Part shown: positions 36,088 to 45,213 of the stretch, piece by piece | Position numbering within the stretch: the stretch's first letter is position 1 | How the letters are laid out: each line of letters begins with the position of its first letter | NCBI GenBank assembly: GCA_965223265.1 | Contig: OZ244999.1 | Location: 7,520,001 to 7,584,000 of the forward strand | Reading direction: 5' to 3' | DNA: 64,000 bases | Source: Planctomycetota bacterium | GTDB taxonomy: Bacteria; Planctomycetota; UBA8108; SXIK01 | Translations under genes and position numbers: made by a program | Notes under the pieces: generated by a model | What the model was told of the DNA's origin: nothing | The model's input: only the letters and a program-made list of their open reading frames with translations | Databases searched by the model: none

Positions 36088-37755
36088 TCAATTCGGCGCA
36101 GGGTTTGCGGCCGCATTGATCTTGCGACCTTCTGCGTCGTACCAAGTCGGCTCGGGCAGCTCAAACCCGGCGGGTAGGTCCGGGGGTGGCGTGTCAGCCA
36201 ATTCCGTCAGCGCTGCCTCGATCTGCGCTCGGTCGCCGATCAGAACGAGGGTTGCCTGGCGCCAATTCAAGCGGCGTGCCGCCGCAGCGACGACGGCGTC
36301 GAGCTCGGCACGCTCGACTTGCCGAAAAAACTCGCTGCGGTACTGCGGACCCAGGCCGTAGATGACGGCACGACTGTAGTACGACAGAGCGCTGAGCTGC
36401 GTCTCCAGAGCCCGGACGACCCGGCTGCGGTAGGCGGCTTGCGCTTTCGCCAGCTCGGCAGGTTGGATCGAAGCGATCGCACGGAACTCGCGAAAGAACT
36501 CTGCCAACGCCCGCGCCGTCTTCGGAGCTTCCACCGCCGCACCGGCCGCCAAATAGCCCGCATCCCTATGGAGTCTCAGGCTGCTGCTGGCGCCGTACGT
36601 GAGCTGGTGCTTCTGACGCAGATTGGTCGACAATCGGCTGGTGAACATTCCCCCGAAAATGAGGTCCGCGCTCACAAGCGGCGGCAGGTCGTCGGTTCCA
36701 GCGAGCGGCGCGGGAACGAGAATCCGCACGACCGTCTGCGGCGCGCCCGGCCGCTCAACAAGAGCCAACTGCCATGGAGACGTGGTGGATTCCGACGCCG
36801 ACTTGGTTGTCGGCGGCGCCTGCGTCGAGACCTCGCTCCAGGCCTCGAAAGCGTGCGCCACAGACCGGAGCAGGCGGTCGGCGCTGCTGCCGCCGGTCGC
36901 CAAGATCGTCAGGCCGCCAGGACGCACGCAACGTCTTGCATACCCCTTGATGTCATCGAGCTCGATCTCATCGACCGATCCAAGCACACCGCTGACCGGA
37001 TGAAAGTAGGGGCTGTCCGCGCCGAAAAAGAGGCGCTGCGAGACGACGGCTGCGACCGCGTGCGGGTCGTTCTGACGCTGCTGGAGGCCGTTCGCCCAGA
37101 GGTCCCGGACTCGCTGCCAGTCAGTCGCCGCGAACGCTGGACGTCGCATGCTATCACCAACGATCTCGAGCGCTGCCGGCAGGTTGCGCTCGAGCACCTG
37201 GAGGCGTACAACGATCGTGTCGGCTCCAGCCTCCACCGAAAAAGTAGCGCCAAGCGAGTCCAGCGCCGCGGCGACCTCAAGGCTCGAGCGTTCGCCGGAG
37301 CTTTCGCTCATCATGAGCGCCGTCAGGTGCGCGACGCCGGGCTTGCCCGGCGGATCCTCGCGAGCGCCGCCTTGAAACATAAACGCTACCGTGACGAGTT
37401 CGGTTGCTGGCCACGGCAGGGTCCAGAGCTCAACGCCGCTTTTGAGACGGTTCACCTTCGGCACGGGCAAAACGACCTCAGCGGCGCGCGCCGGAGGGCG
37501 AGGAATCAGTGGGCTGAGTCGGTGTTCCCCCGCAGCGTCCTGGCTCGACGTGGTGTCGGCTCGCACGACGCTGCCGAAGATCGTCGCAAGGCCACAAACG
37601 AGCACCGCGGCGGCGACATCGCATAGCAGGAGCCGACACGTACACACAGCTCTGGCGCGATCACGACAACGGCGATGTCCGGGTAACGAATCCCTGCGTC
37701 TGTCGGTACGGTTCAACACGTTTTCCTCGCTTCGTGCTCGTTGATCTCGACTCAA
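36088..37755 (-). CDS. M16 (pitrilysin) family peptidase, non-catalytic subunit
   Basis: G...DP.GKPG.AHL, LGA, GG.FTSRL..NLR.K..LTYGA.S. Lacks HxxEH. The start is uncertain. Confidence 0.85.
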   Translation of the reverse strand: MSRDQRARSEENVLNRTDRRRDSLPGHRRCRDRARAVCTCRLLLCDVAAAVLVCGLATIFGSVVRADTTSSQDAAGEHRLSPLIPRPPARAAEVVLPVPKVNRLKSGVELWTLPWPATELVTVAFMFQGGAREDPPGKPGVAHLTALMMSESSGERSSLEVAAALDSLGATFSVEAGADTIVVRLQVLERNLPAALEIVGDSMRRPAFAATDWQRVRDLWANGLQQRQNDPHAVAAVVSQRLFFGADSPYFHPVSGVLGSVDEIELDDIKGYARRCVRPGGLTILATGGSSADRLLRSVAHAFEAWSEVSTQAPPTTKSASESTTSPWQLALVERPGAPQTVVRILVPAPLAGTDDLPPLVSADLIFGGMFTSRLSTNLRQKHQLTYGASSSLRLHRDAGYLAAGAAVEAPKTARALAEFFREFRAIASIQPAELAKAQAAYRSRVVRALETQLSALSYYSRAVIYGLGPQYRSEFFRQVERAELDAVVAAAARRLNWRQATLVLIGDRAQIEAALTELADTPPPDLPAGFELPEPTWYDAEGRKINAAANPAPN

Positions 37756-37843
37756 AGGTGCTCCGCTTCGGTCGGTATCCTGTTTTCCAGCTGAGGGTCA
37801 CTCACCACACTCGCGCGAGGCTCTCAGACACCGATTCAGCTCG

Positions 37844-39250
37844 TCAGTTACCCTGACTCGTCGGCGCCTCAGCTGACGGATCGAGCGGCGGCGCCGGCAC
37901 GACGCGCAGGACGACGCGGCCATCAAGACTAAGGACTTTTCGAGCCCAGGTGTCAGCCTTCGCTACCGTCAAAGCGCGGTATCGCTGCAGATCGCGGCCG
38001 ATCGCGCCGGGGTCGCCGAAGTAGAATTCGTACGTGTTCATCAACTCGGCGCGCGTCCCGAGCGACTCAAGCCCACGCCAAAACGACGTTTCGATCGAGT
38101 TGCGAGCCCGATCGAGCTCTGCCGGCTCAAGGCCTTCGTCGCGTAGCTCAGTGAGCACCGCGTCAACTTCCGCTTCGATGGCGTCAAGTTCAACACCGGG
38201 GCGAGCCAGCACCGAAACGGTAAACTGCGAACCGAGAAGACTGGAGCGCTGCCCGGCACTCACTCCCTGGGCGAGCTGTTTTTCGTAGACGAGTCGTCGA
38301 TAGAGCCGGCTCGACTTGCCACCCCCGAGCGCGTCGGCGAGCACGTCCATGGCAGCGTCGCCCGGCGCGTAGAGCGGTGGCGAATGCCAAGCCATCATCA
38401 CGAGCGGTAGCTGGACCTTGTCTGTAACAGTCTCTCGGACCACCGCGGAAAGCGTCGGCACCGGAGGCGTCTCCCGCGGCAACACCGGCCTTCTCTCCAG
38501 ATCGCTGAAATACTTCTCGACGAGCTTTCTCGCGGTGTTTAGGTCGAAATCGCCGGCAACCACCAAGCTGGCGTTCGCGGCGAAATAGAAGCGATGAAAG
38601 AATTCCTTCACGTCGTCGACGGTCGCCGCCTCGAGATCGGCGTGGGAACCAATGACGGAGCGGTGATAGGGATGGTCGGCTGGGTAGAGTAGCTCCGAGA
38701 GTCGCACGCCGACGATGCCATAGGGGCGATTCTCGATACGCTCGCGCCGTTCGTTCCGCACAACGCGCCGCTCGTCGTCAAGCTTCTCTTGGTTCATCGC
38801 CGCAGCAAGATTCTCCATGCGATCGGCTTCGAGAAAGAGAAACGTCTCCAGGAGCTCGCTCGGTCCCGACTCGAAATAGTTGGTGCGGTCGGTCGACGTC
38901 GAGGCGTTGTTGCTGCCGCCGAATCGCTCCATTGCGATGTCAAATTGAGGATGGGGCACCGCGGCTGTGCCGCGAAACATCAGGTGCTCGAAGAGGTGAG
39001 CGAAACCGGAGCGCCGCTCAGGTTCGTCCTTGGAGCCGACCCAATACCAGAGATTGATGCTGACAGTCGGCAGCCGCCGGTCCTGATGCAGGATCACCGT
39101 CAGACCGTTGTCGAGTTGGTACCGTTCGAACTGCAGCTCGTGGACTTGCGCTGACGTACCTGCGCATGCGGCCATCGACATCGACAGCATCGCGGCACTC
39201 AGGAGGCGAGGCAGGGTGTTTGTTCGGGCTTTCACTTTCATAGTCGCCAT
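37844..39250 (-). CDS. M16 (pitrilysin) family zinc peptidase, catalytic subunit, probable lipoprotein
   Basis: LDNGL.V, VGSKDE, GFAHLFEHLMF (HxxEH), NAST..DRTNY, LEADRM and HPY....IG. Lipobox-like MAAC. Confidence 0.92.
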   Translation of the reverse strand: MATMKVKARTNTLPRLLSAAMLSMSMAACAGTSAQVHELQFERYQLDNGLTVILHQDRRLPTVSINLWYWVGSKDEPERRSGFAHLFEHLMFRGTAAVPHPQFDIAMERFGGSNNASTSTDRTNYFESGPSELLETFLFLEADRMENLAAAMNQEKLDDERRVVRNERRERIENRPYGIVGVRLSELLYPADHPYHRSVIGSHADLEAATVDDVKEFFHRFYFAANASLVVAGDFDLNTARKLVEKYFSDLERRPVLPRETPPVPTLSAVVRETVTDKVQLPLVMMAWHSPPLYAPGDAAMDVLADALGGGKSSRLYRRLVYEKQLAQGVSAGQRSSLLGSQFTVSVLARPGVELDAIEAEVDAVLTELRDEGLEPAELDRARNSIETSFWRGLESLGTRAELMNTYEFYFGDPGAIGRDLQRYRALTVAKADTWARKVLSLDGRVVLRVVPAPPLDPSAEAPTSQGN

Positions 39251-39547
39251 GCGATCAAAAGAGGAGTCGGACTCGGGCAGCAGCGGCTCGCCAGGCGTCG
39301 TCGATCTCCGCTCGTGTCGTCCATTGCCGCCCGCAGATTGCCGCAACGTGCTCCGCTATTTACAACTTCGCGGACAAAATGTGGAGAACTGTTTTGGCGG
39401 TGCTGAGATGCAGGCGAGAAAGCCGACACCAGGTCCCGCACGGCAACGCTATCACAAAATCTTTGTGAAGATGCTACGATGGCGTTTTCTTGAAAAGCGT
39501 GCGTTTCGTTCGGATCACTCCGGCAACGGGCACATGAGGGTCGAGAC

Positions 39548-42500
39548 ATGGATTCTGCCACGACCATCGGTCGCGGTCGCTACAGCGTGCTCGGCGAGAT
39601 CGGCCGGGGCGCCACCGGCGTTGTGTACCGGGCTCATGACCGCGTCCACGATCGCGAAATCGCGCTCAAGATCCTCCGGCCGCGCCCGGATGCCTCGCCG
39701 AGCTCTCTTGGGGCAGAATTCCGTCTCCTGGCGTCGCACAGCCACCCTGGCCTCGTGCAGGTGTTTGACTACGGCATCACCGAGGCGGGGTCGCCGTATT
39801 TCACCATGGAGTGCCTGGCTCCGGAGGGCTTCGCGGCGTTCTGTGAGCGCGAACGCGCCTCTGGCCCGCTCGTCTCGAGCGACGCGTTCCTCACAGTCGT
39901 CACGAGTCTGCTGGAGGCGGTGGATTACCTTCACAGCCGCGGCCACCTCCACTCCGACCTGAAACCCTCGAACATCCTGATCGTCCAAACGGACGACGGG
40001 TCGCCAGCGGTGAAGCTGATTGATTTCGGCTTGGCGACCAACTCGGACGGGCGCAGCCACTCTGGCGCCGCCGGGCTCGACCCCGGCGGCGCTGCAGATC
40101 CAGCGCGAGACGACCTCGGCTCCAGTCTTGCCGGGACGGTCGACTACATGGCCCCCGAGCTCCTGAGAGGATCCGAAGCAAGCACCCAGAGCGACCTGTA
40201 CAGCATCGGTTGCATCCTCTTCGAGGCGCTGTGCGGCTCAGTTCCATTCCCAGCGACCACCGCTGGCGCCGCGATCTCGCTGCACTTGAAGACGCCGGCA
40301 CCGCCGCTTGAAGCCGAGCACGGCGTCTTTCGCAAAGTCGTCGGGCAACTGCTTGCCAAGGATCCACGCGAACGCCCGAGCTCGGCGCAGACCGTCATAG
40401 AACGCTTGGGGCTGGAACGCTACATTGCCGCAGCGCGCCCCTTCCCACCCTTTGGTTCGGCGCTCGTCGGCCGTGAGCCGCTGATGCGTCGCGTTGACGA
40501 GCTCGCAGACGCCGATGCCAACGCGAAGACTTGCGCTCTTCTCTTGCGTGGCCCGACAGGTATCGGCAAAAGCCGCCTCCTGCGCCAGATCGAGATCCGG
40601 CGCCAACTGCGCGGCGAGCGCGCCGGCCTGACGACATGCCACACGCTTTCCACGCCGGGCGATCTCGTCAGAAACTTGCTCTCACACTGGCGTACCTTCA
40701 CCGCGGCAGCAGGGGAGCCCGACTCGAGCACGTCGTCGCCGACTCATCCCGCGCCGGACGCGCCCCCCGTCGCCCCTGGCAGGACGCGTTCGGCGTTTGA
40801 CGACGCCGAGGCGATCGTCGCGCAGATCACCGGACAGATCACTGGAAGATCCGAGGACGCGACAGCAGTCGAAGCGTGGTTCGATCGTCTCCTCGAAGGA
40901 CTCAAAGGTGTCGTTGCCGACGTCACTCGAGCCGGGCCGCTGCTCTTTTGCATCGACGATGTTCACGAGGCAGACGCCCTCAGTCGACGCGCCTTGACGG
41001 CGCTCATCCGCTGGCTGGCCAGTCGCAGCGAGGCCGAACGGGCCACCGGCCCCGAGGGTTCCGAGGGTTCCGAGGGTTCCGCGCGCCTGGTTTTTGTCCT
41101 GGGGTGCCGCGACGAAACTGGTCCCGAACGCGCAGCGGCGTCCGAACTCGAAACCGCGGCTGCCTTCTCGGCGCTCGAGTCGATCCACCTCAGCGGCGTG
41201 AGCACAAGCGACATGCGGCACTACCTCACCCAAGTCCTCCGTCTCCGACAACTCCCTGAGTCGTTCGTCGAGCGAGTCGCGGAAGCGACGGGCGGCAATT
41301 TGCTCTACGTCGATGAGTATATCAAATCGATGGTCCGATCAGGTCAGCTGGCGCGACGCGGCACCGAGTGGCAGCTGAGCCACCATGAGATGGACGCCCT
41401 ACGCGTCCCCGAAAGCGTGAGCGAAACGCTTGAGCGACGCACCGCGCACTTCGACGCCGAGACCACCGAGCTTGTCCAGTGTCTCGCAATCCTCGAGACA
41501 CCGCAGAGCCCGGAGCGGGTGGCGTCGCTACGCCACAGCGCCGGCGACGCGCGTGATCGCTCTGCCATCGCTCGCGCCTCGGAGCGCATCCTGCGCGAGC
41601 TCGCCGCGGAGCACTTTCTTGAGCGTACCGGTTCTGAATATCGCTTCGCACACTCAGCAGCGCGAAAGACTGTTTACGAGAAGACGCCCGAGACGCGCCG
41701 GCGCCAGCTCCATGGGCTCATCGCCGCAGATCTCCTGCACTTGAGCCAGGAGGAGCGCGCACGACGCGTGCCAGAGTTGGCGCACCATCTCTACGGCGCC
41801 GGCGAACTCGGCGCGGCTCTGCCGCATCTCATGCAGAGCGCGGGGCGCGCCCTGCAGGTGGGGTCCTACCGCGACGCCGCACGCGACGCGCGCCGAGCCA
41901 TAGAGGCGGCAGATGCCGCTGGCGACCCACGAGCTCGATTCGCCGCGCTCATGATTGACCAAGAGGCGGCCGGCCACCTCGGCGACCGATCGCGCCAACG
42001 AGAATCGCTTGAGCGGCTACGAGAGCTAGCGAGCGAACTCGGCGACGCCGACCTGACCCGCCAATCGGGACTCAAGGAATCGCTCTACCTCGAATCGATC
42101 GGTGAGAAACGAGAGGCGCTCGAGCGGCTTGGGTCGGCACTGAGCGAACTCGGCGGCGACCCACGACAAACTGCTCCGATCCTGCCACGGAGCGCGCTTC
42201 TCCACTTCTATCTGTCGGAGTTCTCTCAAGGCTTCGAGAAACTTGAGCAGGCTCTCGAGACGGCGCGGCAAAGTGACGACCGATCGCTGGAAGCCGAGGC
42301 CTTACAACTGATCGGTCTCGGCCACTACTTTCAGGGCGCCTACAACGACGCCAAAACAGCCATGGAGCGTGCACTCGCTGTGCGCCGTGAACTGGATGAA
42401 GCCCACCAAGTGGGCGCACTGGAATCCAACCTCGGACTCATTCACCTGGACCGCGGCGACCTCGATGCCGCCGAAGAACGCTTCACGGCATCGCTCGGCG

Positions 42501-45004
42501 CTTTCCGCGCCATCGGCCTTCGGCGCGGCGAAGCGATCAACCTGCTCAACCTAGGCCTCGTCTACCTGGAACTCGGCCGCTACGAACTGGCGCTGACCGT
42601 CGTCGGCCGTTCTCTCCGTCTGCGTCGCGAGCTTGGCGATCGCCGCGGCGAAGGCGCAGACCTCGGCAATCTGGGCGAAGTCTGGCTGCGATTGGGGAGA
42701 GTCGAACGCGCCAGACCTCTCATCGAAGAGGCGATCGCTCGTGCGCGGGAGACCGAAAACCGTGCCTCGGAGAGTGCGAACGTATGTCGACTCGGACAAA
42801 TCGAACTCAAACAAGGCCGCAGCGACGCCGGGCTCAAGCATCTCAACTCAAGCTTGGAGCTGGCGCAAAGAACCGGAGTTCCAGCGCAGCAAATTTCCTG
42901 TCTGCTGGCCCTCTGCGACGCACACCTGCAGGCCGATGAGCCACGCCGTGCCATCGAGCTCGCCGAGGAAGCAACCGAGCTCGCTGCGAAAGTGAACATG
43001 GGCCTCAAACGACTCGAAGGGCAAACAGCGTTGGCGGCCGCCTACCGGCAGGCCGGAGAGCTTGAGCGCGCCGTCAGCATCAGTCGCGCCGCAGTGGAAA
43101 CGCTTGAGTCGGGTGCGCCGGCGACGGCGCTTGCACCTCGACTCTGGTGGGAGCTCTACGCCTCTTGCGCCGCCGACGTCGACCATGCAGAGAAACCACG
43201 CCGTCAGGACGACGAACAGGAACTCGCCTTGCGGCGCTCTTACACCGCGCTACGTAAACTTGCCGACGCCTTCGAGGATGCCGAGCTGCGGCGGCAATTC
43301 CTTGATGGCGTGCCACTACACCGCACGATCGACGCCGAGCACGCGGCGATGCAGTCACAGATCCGCAAGGAAGCATCTCTCAGGGAGCGCTCGTTCTACC
43401 AGATTGCCGCCAGCCTCCATTCATTCGACTCTCTCAACCCACTACTCGATCATCTCTTAGCTCTCGCCATCGAGACGACGCACGCCGAAAAAGGGCTCAT
43501 CCTTCTCAAGAGCCCCAGCGGCGACTTCACCACCAAGGCGGCTCGCGGCATGGAACGACAGTCGGTGCAGGATGCGTTTGAGATCTGCCGCAGCGTGATC
43601 GCGGACGTGGCGCGAGGTCGCGGCCCGGTGTTGGCAACGGACGCCGGAAACGACGAACGGTTCCGTGCCCGAGAAAGCATTATCTCGTTTCGCATCAGGA
43701 CACTCATGTGCGTGCCCATGTCACTGCGCGATGAGATCATTGGAGCCGTCTACGTTGACAGCCGAGGCGCCCTTAGCTTCGACGAGGACGATCTCGAGTA
43801 CCTGGTGTCGTTCGCACAGTTGGCAGCCATCGCAGTTGACAACGCACGCCTCCTCGATGGCCTCCGCAGCGAGAACCAACACCTTCGGCGCGAGGTCGAA
43901 GGCAAGTACCGTGTTCAGAATCTGATCGGCGACAGTATGGCGATGCAAAACCTCTTGAAGCTCGTCGACAAAATCGCACGCACGGACGCTAGCGTACTCA
44001 TCAGCGGCGAGACCGGAACCGGAAAGGAACTCGTCGCGCGAGGGATTCACTACGGCAGTAGCCGCCGCAGCGCGCCATTCGTCGCTGTCGACTGCGGTGC
44101 GCTTCCGGACAGCCTTCTGGAGAGTGAACTCTTCGGACACGTCAAAGGATCTTTCTCCGGGGCGCTCGTCGACCGACGCGGCCTGCTCGAGGAAGCCGAC
44201 GGTGGTACGCTCTTCCTCGACGAGATCAGCAACACGAGTCTCGACCTACAGGCGAAGTTGCTGCGTTTTCTGCAGGAGGGCGAATTACGTCCGGTAGGTG
44301 CGAACAAAATACGACGAGCAAACGTGCGAGTTCTCGCTGCCAGCAACGTCGACCTACGCGCGGCTGTGGAGGCGGGTTCGTTTCGCGAGGACCTCTTCTA
44401 CCGCTTGAATGTGATCAACGTCGAACTACCGCCGCTGCGCGACCGGTCCGAGGACGTACCGCTGCTGGTGCATCACTTTCTGCATCAAAGTCGTGAACGG
44501 CTCGGGCATGCGGTCGAGGGTTTCACGGATGAGGCGTTACGTTTTCTAGCTGCGGCGCGGTGGAACGGCAACGTGCGCGAGCTCCAAAACGTGATTGAGA
44601 GAGCGGTCATTCTCTCGGAGGCGCCACAAATCGATCGACGATTCCTTGAACTGCTCATGACGCCGACCGGACGCGCCAGGGCGCCTGGCGCGGCTGATGC
44701 AGGTGCCGCCCGAGTCGACGGCGCTCCGACCGGCGATCAACCCTCCGACCAACGCGAATCCGTCGACGTGACGGAAGAAGACGATCGCCAGGCAGCATTT
44801 CCGCCGAGCTCCTCCCAGGAAGCGGTGACACTTGAGGAGTTCGACCGCCGACATCTTGCCGCCGAGCGCCACTATCTCCAGCAACTAGTGGAAAGCACAA
44901 ACGGCAACCTCTCCGCCGCGGCGCGCATGGGTGGCGTGCGCAACCGCAACACCCTGATCTCTCGCCTCAAGAAGCACGGGCTGTTCAAGCCACGGCAGAG
45001 CTAG
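39548..45004 (+). CDS. Multidomain regulator: Ser/Thr kinase + P-loop ATPase + TPR repeats + GAF + sigma54-interacting AAA+ + HTH
   Basis: Kinase: GRGATGVVY, IALK, HSDLKPSN, DFG, GTVDYMAPE. ATPase: LVGRE, GPTGIGKS, CIDDVHEAD, TGGN.LY. TPR-like NLG repeats. GAF: LMCVP, GAVYVD, F...D, IAVDNARL. Activator: GETGTGKE, ESELFGH.KGSFSGA, GGTLFLDEI, FREDLFYRL, W.GNVREL. HTH: GNLSAAAR...RNTL. Confidence 0.92.
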   Translation: MDSATTIGRGRYSVLGEIGRGATGVVYRAHDRVHDREIALKILRPRPDASPSSLGAEFRLLASHSHPGLVQVFDYGITEAGSPYFTMECLAPEGFAAFCERERASGPLVSSDAFLTVVTSLLEAVDYLHSRGHLHSDLKPSNILIVQTDDGSPAVKLIDFGLATNSDGRSHSGAAGLDPGGAADPARDDLGSSLAGTVDYMAPELLRGSEASTQSDLYSIGCILFEALCGSVPFPATTAGAAISLHLKTPAPPLEAEHGVFRKVVGQLLAKDPRERPSSAQTVIERLGLERYIAAARPFPPFGSALVGREPLMRRVDELADADANAKTCALLLRGPTGIGKSRLLRQIEIRRQLRGERAGLTTCHTLSTPGDLVRNLLSHWRTFTAAAGEPDSSTSSPTHPAPDAPPVAPGRTRSAFDDAEAIVAQITGQITGRSEDATAVEAWFDRLLEGLKGVVADVTRAGPLLFCIDDVHEADALSRRALTALIRWLASRSEAERATGPEGSEGSEGSARLVFVLGCRDETGPERAAASELETAAAFSALESIHLSGVSTSDMRHYLTQVLRLRQLPESFVERVAEATGGNLLYVDEYIKSMVRSGQLARRGTEWQLSHHEMDALRVPESVSETLERRTAHFDAETTELVQCLAILETPQSPERVASLRHSAGDARDRSAIARASERILRELAAEHFLERTGSEYRFAHSAARKTVYEKTPETRRRQLHGLIAADLLHLSQEERARRVPELAHHLYGAGELGAALPHLMQSAGRALQVGSYRDAARDARRAIEAADAAGDPRARFAALMIDQEAAGHLGDRSRQRESLERLRELASELGDADLTRQSGLKESLYLESIGEKREALERLGSALSELGGDPRQTAPILPRSALLHFYLSEFSQGFEKLEQALETARQSDDRSLEAEALQLIGLGHYFQGAYNDAKTAMERALAVRRELDEAHQVGALESNLGLIHLDRGDLDAAEERFTASLGAFRAIGLRRGEAINLLNLGLVYLELGRYELALTVVGRSLRLRRELGDRRGEGADLGNLGEVWLRLGRVERARPLIEEAIARARETENRASESANVCRLGQIELKQGRSDAGLKHLNSSLELAQRTGVPAQQISCLLALCDAHLQADEPRRAIELAEEATELAAKVNMGLKRLEGQTALAAAYRQAGELERAVSISRAAVETLESGAPATALAPRLWWELYASCAADVDHAEKPRRQDDEQELALRRSYTALRKLADAFEDAELRRQFLDGVPLHRTIDAEHAAMQSQIRKEASLRERSFYQIAASLHSFDSLNPLLDHLLALAIETTHAEKGLILLKSPSGDFTTKAARGMERQSVQDAFEICRSVIADVARGRGPVLATDAGNDERFRARESIISFRIRTLMCVPMSLRDEIIGAVYVDSRGALSFDEDDLEYLVSFAQLAAIAVDNARLLDGLRSENQHLRREVEGKYRVQNLIGDSMAMQNLLKLVDKIARTDASVLISGETGTGKELVARGIHYGSSRRSAPFVAVDCGALPDSLLESELFGHVKGSFSGALVDRRGLLEEADGGTLFLDEISNTSLDLQAKLLRFLQEGELRPVGANKIRRANVRVLAASNVDLRAAVEAGSFREDLFYRLNVINVELPPLRDRSEDVPLLVHHFLHQSRERLGHAVEGFTDEALRFLAAARWNGNVRELQNVIERAVILSEAPQIDRRFLELLMTPTGRARAPGAADAGAARVDGAPTGDQPSDQRESVDVTEEDDRQAAFPPSSSQEAVTLEEFDRRHLAAERHYLQQLVESTNGNLSAAARMGGVRNRNTLISRLKKHGLFKPRQS
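41052..41078 (+). repeat. In-frame 9-bp tandem repeat (CCGAGGGTT x3) encoding the EGS-EGS-EGS linker
   Basis: Read directly at 41052, 41061 and 41070. Confidence 0.9.
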
Positions 45005-45213
45005 CAGCACGCCGTGAGCGAGGTTTGCCCGCCATCTGTTCGCAGGGGAGGGGCGGACACCGCGCCAAGGGCCGAGGCGAACCCGTCGGTCGTGGGTCTC
45101 GTTCCAGAATCCGCGCGGATTGTTGTCTGCGCCGGCGACCACCAGTCGTTCAAGCGAGGTGCGGTGCAATCGTGCTGCTTTCGCCCCACACGTCGCGAGA
45201 GAGGTCGTCCGAC

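Noticed and set aside
36319-37626. Long antisense ORFs (also 2755-3651, 55407-56471, 61822-62652, 9262-10149 and others)
   Set aside because: They overlap well-supported genes on the opposite strand, show no motifs, and are expected in high-GC DNA.
41052-41078. Phase-variation tract in the large regulator
   Set aside because: The 9-bp unit keeps the reading frame and lies in a linker, so copy-number change would not switch the gene on or off.
45005-45213. Sigma54 -24/-12 promoter downstream of the enhancer-binding protein
   Set aside because: The best candidate, CGGTGCAATCGTGC, has GG-N9-GC spacing rather than GG-N10-GC and lacks TGGCAC.
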